A stretch of DNA of 64,000 nt from Amphiscolops sp. MND2022. Lineage: Eukaryota. The notes beneath the pieces are model-generated. The model had not been told where the DNA came from. It worked only from the letters and a program-made list of their open reading frames with translations, and did no database searches. Location of the stretch: contig OZ076409.1 in NCBI GenBank assembly GCA_964187785.1, forward strand, positions 93,932,001-93,996,000. Reading direction: 5' to 3'. The position numbers were made by a program, and so were the translations under genes. Of this stretch, positions 62,560-64,000 are shown piece after piece. The first letter of the stretch is position 1. The number at the start of each line of letters is the position of its first letter.

Positions 62560-64000
62560 ATAAAGAAAAAAGATTTACTGATCGGACTTTTGAACTTTCA
62601 AGGCAGGCGTTTGTTTGTATCCTGATAAATATGCTCCTCATTTCATCATCAACGTCGTCACTTTTCTTCGTAAACGTTCTTCTCGTGCTTGTATAACTTT
62701 TTTGCTGCTTCAACAAAGCCTACTTCGTTCTTCCAGTCAGCCTCTTCACTGTTGTGGACTAACATCTCTATTGACTTTGGCTACCAGATTGCTCTCAAGG
62801 TTTGATACATAGGACAGGTTCTTAAGAAGTGGTGCGAGGTTTTTTCTTCTAACATGCAAATACCTGGCGGTGTAGAACATTTACCAATTTTGAATTTGAA
62901 AGCTCTGAAATGAAATTACACCATCAAAAGCTGCACCATCTTGTTCATTTGAGATTTGCTTCGTTCACTGTGGTTTTGAAGCTTCGTCCGTGAAGGAAAT
63001 CTTCAATTAAACATCATACATTTCCTGTGATTTCGAGAGAATATAGCGTCCACAAAGTCCAGTCAACCCAAGCACTGTCGAAGGTTTTCTCCAAGCCCAC
63101 CGTAACTGCAACTGCAATTTGCATTGAGGCCCAAACAAGTCGGATATTGTTTAAGAGGTCAGCAGTCTATCGAGCTGTTGCTTTCCGATTCCGGAAACCT
63201 TCTTGACGAGGGTCGTCCATGTTGTTGCAATTTAGATAATTCATTATTTCATTTTTCAAAATAGGTTCGAGGAGTTTACCAACGTAAGAGGATTTAGTAA
63301 CGAGGCGAGAGATGCTTGTTTCAAGGTACGAGTCTTTCCCTGATTTAGGTAAAACACAACTTCATTGTTTCCGAAAGGTCAAGTCCTATTTGTGAGAGCG
63401 TTTTTACACAAGATAAAAATGAGTTCTTTAAGCTTGAAGATTCGGGTGGCAAACACCTAGGTTCGGGTCCATTTGTTTCAGCACAACTGGAGGGTTTCCA
63501 TCGGGATTCACACGTTTAAGGTTTTTTTCCAAATAGTATTCGGTTATATCGCATAGTTTCGCAATCTATCCTCTGCACGAAATATGGTTAGCTTCTTGCT
63601 CTGTTACATGCTTATAAAAATTTTCAACAAACGTTTCAGTTTTGAGATGGGTTCCTGAGAAAAACTCCTTGAAAAGCGTATCTGTACGCATTTTGTCATC
63701 CATAACTAGTAGCCCGATGTCGATGAGGACTTATGTTTGTGAATTTGAGTGTTGCCTGAAAAACTTCTAGTAATTTCTTAGGAGCGGTTGACCAGTCGTG
63801 TGATCTAGAACTTCGGTCTCTTTCTTTAAGCAATTTGTTTTGGCTTTTTGCAGCTCGAAGTTAAAGATTTTTTTACTTGGCTCCACTTGGTGTTGTTAAT
63901 AGGGTCCTAAAGTTTCTTGGTAAGTTCTCTACGAAAACTGGGTCAGCGTTGAATTCCAGTATGCTTTCGAGTGGTGGCTAATGTATCTTACTTGGACACT
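62560..64000 (-). pseudogene. Decayed non-LTR (LINE) reverse transcriptase fragment; boundaries approximate
   Basis: Minus-strand translation gives NPDGNPPVVLK, VFYLNQGK, QEGFRNRK and AVTVGLEKTFDSAW (cf. DLEKAFDSVW) in LINE RT order. Confidence 0.75.

Overview
AT-rich eukaryotic DNA, probably from an invertebrate animal, made almost entirely of transposable elements. No host gene, rRNA, intact tRNA or CRISPR array could be supported. Three Ty3/Gypsy LTR retrotransposons lie on the minus strand. (1) A decayed 6.9-kb element (710-7608) whose 3' LTR is interrupted by a solo LTR of another family. (2) A young, nearly intact 12.3-kb element (29103-41371, TSD TATGG) with 2.7-kb LTRs, a tRNA-Asn-like PBS and a U_UUA_AAC -1 frameshift signal. 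Each LTR carries an ANTISENSE gene for an integrase-type H2C2 zinc finger fused to an OTU-like cysteine protease, and pol ends in a transmembrane tail. (3) A giant, decayed 18.8-kb element (43149-61987) with a very long gag, an apparently duplicated protease, an AT-hook plus tandem TARG1/OARD1-like macrodomains downstream of integrase, and a ~1,400-codon extra ORF containing an SGNH-fold domain. Between these lie Helentron/DINE-like non-autonomous repeats (one with a 172-bp tandem array), a palindrome-rich MITE and a LINE RT remnant. All domain calls are by-eye motif recognition and need HMM or structure confirmation.
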